DNA from: Acidobacteriota bacterium
GTDB lineage: Bacteria > Acidobacteriota > Thermoanaerobaculia > Gp7-AA8
Length of the DNA stretch: 64,000 bases
Assembly: GCA_003223645.1 (NCBI GenBank)
Contig: QHVT01000006.1
Span: 340,967 to 404,966, forward strand
Reading direction: 5' to 3'
Positions 63,342 through 64,000 of this stretch are shown piece after piece. Each line of letters opens with the position of its first letter. The first letter of the stretch is position 1. The position numbers were made by a program, and so were the translations under genes. The notes beneath the pieces were generated by a model. The model ran no database searches. It saw only the letters and a list, made by a program, of their open reading frames with translations, and had not been told where the DNA came from.

Positions 63342-63438
63342 GTGGCGACCGCTGCCCTCAGCGGTCGCGGCGGCGCACCGCGCCGCTGGGCGCCGCCATT
63401 CGGCGGCGCTGTGACCGCTGAGGGCACGGTCACCACAA
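63342..63438. repeat. REP-like double-hairpin palindromic element, copy 4
   Basis: GTGGCGACCGCTGCCCTCAGCGGTCGCGG ... CTGTGACCGCTGAGGGCACGGTCACCACAA between convergent genes. Confidence 0.8.
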
Positions 63439-63465
63439 CCCAAAGCCTGAGAATGCCGTGCCGGG

Positions 63466-64000
63466 CTAAGCGGTTTCCATCATCTCCGCGGGGATGTCGA
63501 AGTTTGACCAGACGTTCTGGGTGTCGTCGTGGTCGTCGAGCATCTCCAGGAGACGCATGACCGACTTCGATTTCGCTTCGTCGAGCGAGACGTAATTCGC
63601 GGGGATCATTCCGAGCTTCGCTTCGACGGTCGGGATCTTGTTCGTCTCGAGCGCCAGGCGCACCGGCTCGAAGTTGTCGGGCGTCGTGTAGATCTCGAAC
63701 ACCTCGGCGTCTTCGCTCTGCAGGTCGTCGGCGCCCGCTTCGAGCGCGACTTCCATCAGCTTGTCTTCGCTGGCGGCGCTCTTCTCGACGGCGAAGTAGC
63801 CCTTCTTCTCGAACTGAAACTTCACCGAGCCCGGTGTGCCGAGGTTGCCGCCGTGTTTCTCGAACATGTGGCGGATCTCGGGGGTGGTGCGATTGGTGTT
63901 GTCGGTCAGCGCCTCGACGATGATCGCGACGCCGCCCGGACCATAACCCTCGTACGTGATCTCCTCGTACGTCGCGCCTTCGAGCTCGCCGGTGCCGCGT
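63466..64000 (-). CDS. YebC/PmpR-family transcriptional regulator (N-terminus beyond window end)
   Basis: Open in frame to window end (…YEGYGPGGVAIIVEALTDNTNRTTPEIRHMFEKHGG…); C-terminal region matches YebC family. Confidence 0.75.
   Translation of the reverse strand, partial: RGTGELEGATYEEITYEGYGPGGVAIIVEALTDNTNRTTPEIRHMFEKHGGNLGTPGSVKFQFEKKGYFAVEKSAASEDKLMEVALEAGADDLQSEDAEVFEIYTTPDNFEPVRLALETNKIPTVEAKLGMIPANYVSLDEAKSKSVMRLLEMLDDHDDTQNVWSNFDIPAEMMETA

Overview
High-GC bacterial chromosomal segment. The gene content suggests an Acidobacteria- or Gemmatimonadetes-like soil bacterium (TonB-ExbB-ExbD operon, GWxTD protein, BNR glycosyl hydrolase, large secreted S8 peptidases), but this is inferred from content, not measured. 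I support about 75 protein-coding genes, 2 tRNAs (Arg-CCT, Leu-CAA), 1 Rho-independent terminator and more than 20 intergenic hairpin or palindromic repeat elements in at least five families, with no CRISPR array. Core metabolism includes ribBA, kynA, trxA, a biotin carboxylase and enoyl-CoA hydratase pair, a thiolase-hbd-crotonase set and a BMP-family ABC transporter. Three visibly lower-GC accessory patches stand out: (1) 11997-14482, holding a PIN-like, small P-loop ATPase and hypothetical proteins; (2) 15296-20323, holding an overlapping two-gene operon (DUF4062-like + cytoplasmic solute-binding domain, followed by a PfkB kinase + SLOG + HisG phosphoribosyltransferase fusion) that I could not match to any described pathway or defence system and consider the best candidate for a novel nucleotide-centred system; (3) a 3.3 kb segment (23656-26985) bounded by 30-bp inverted repeats that carries an IS1-family transposase, an XRE regulator, a ribbon-helix-helix two-gene module and an AT-rich membrane protein. 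Other points of interest are a palindromic element inserted in-frame inside the PfkB domain, hairpin repeats that encode the C-termini of three genes, a frameshifted secreted zinc metalloprotease next to a TIMP/NTR-like gene, and a paired L,D-transpeptidase paralog that lacks the catalytic Cys. Coordinates for tRNAs and repeats were located by hand and may be off by 1-2 nt. Start codons were chosen from ORF-track arithmetic and local sequence.
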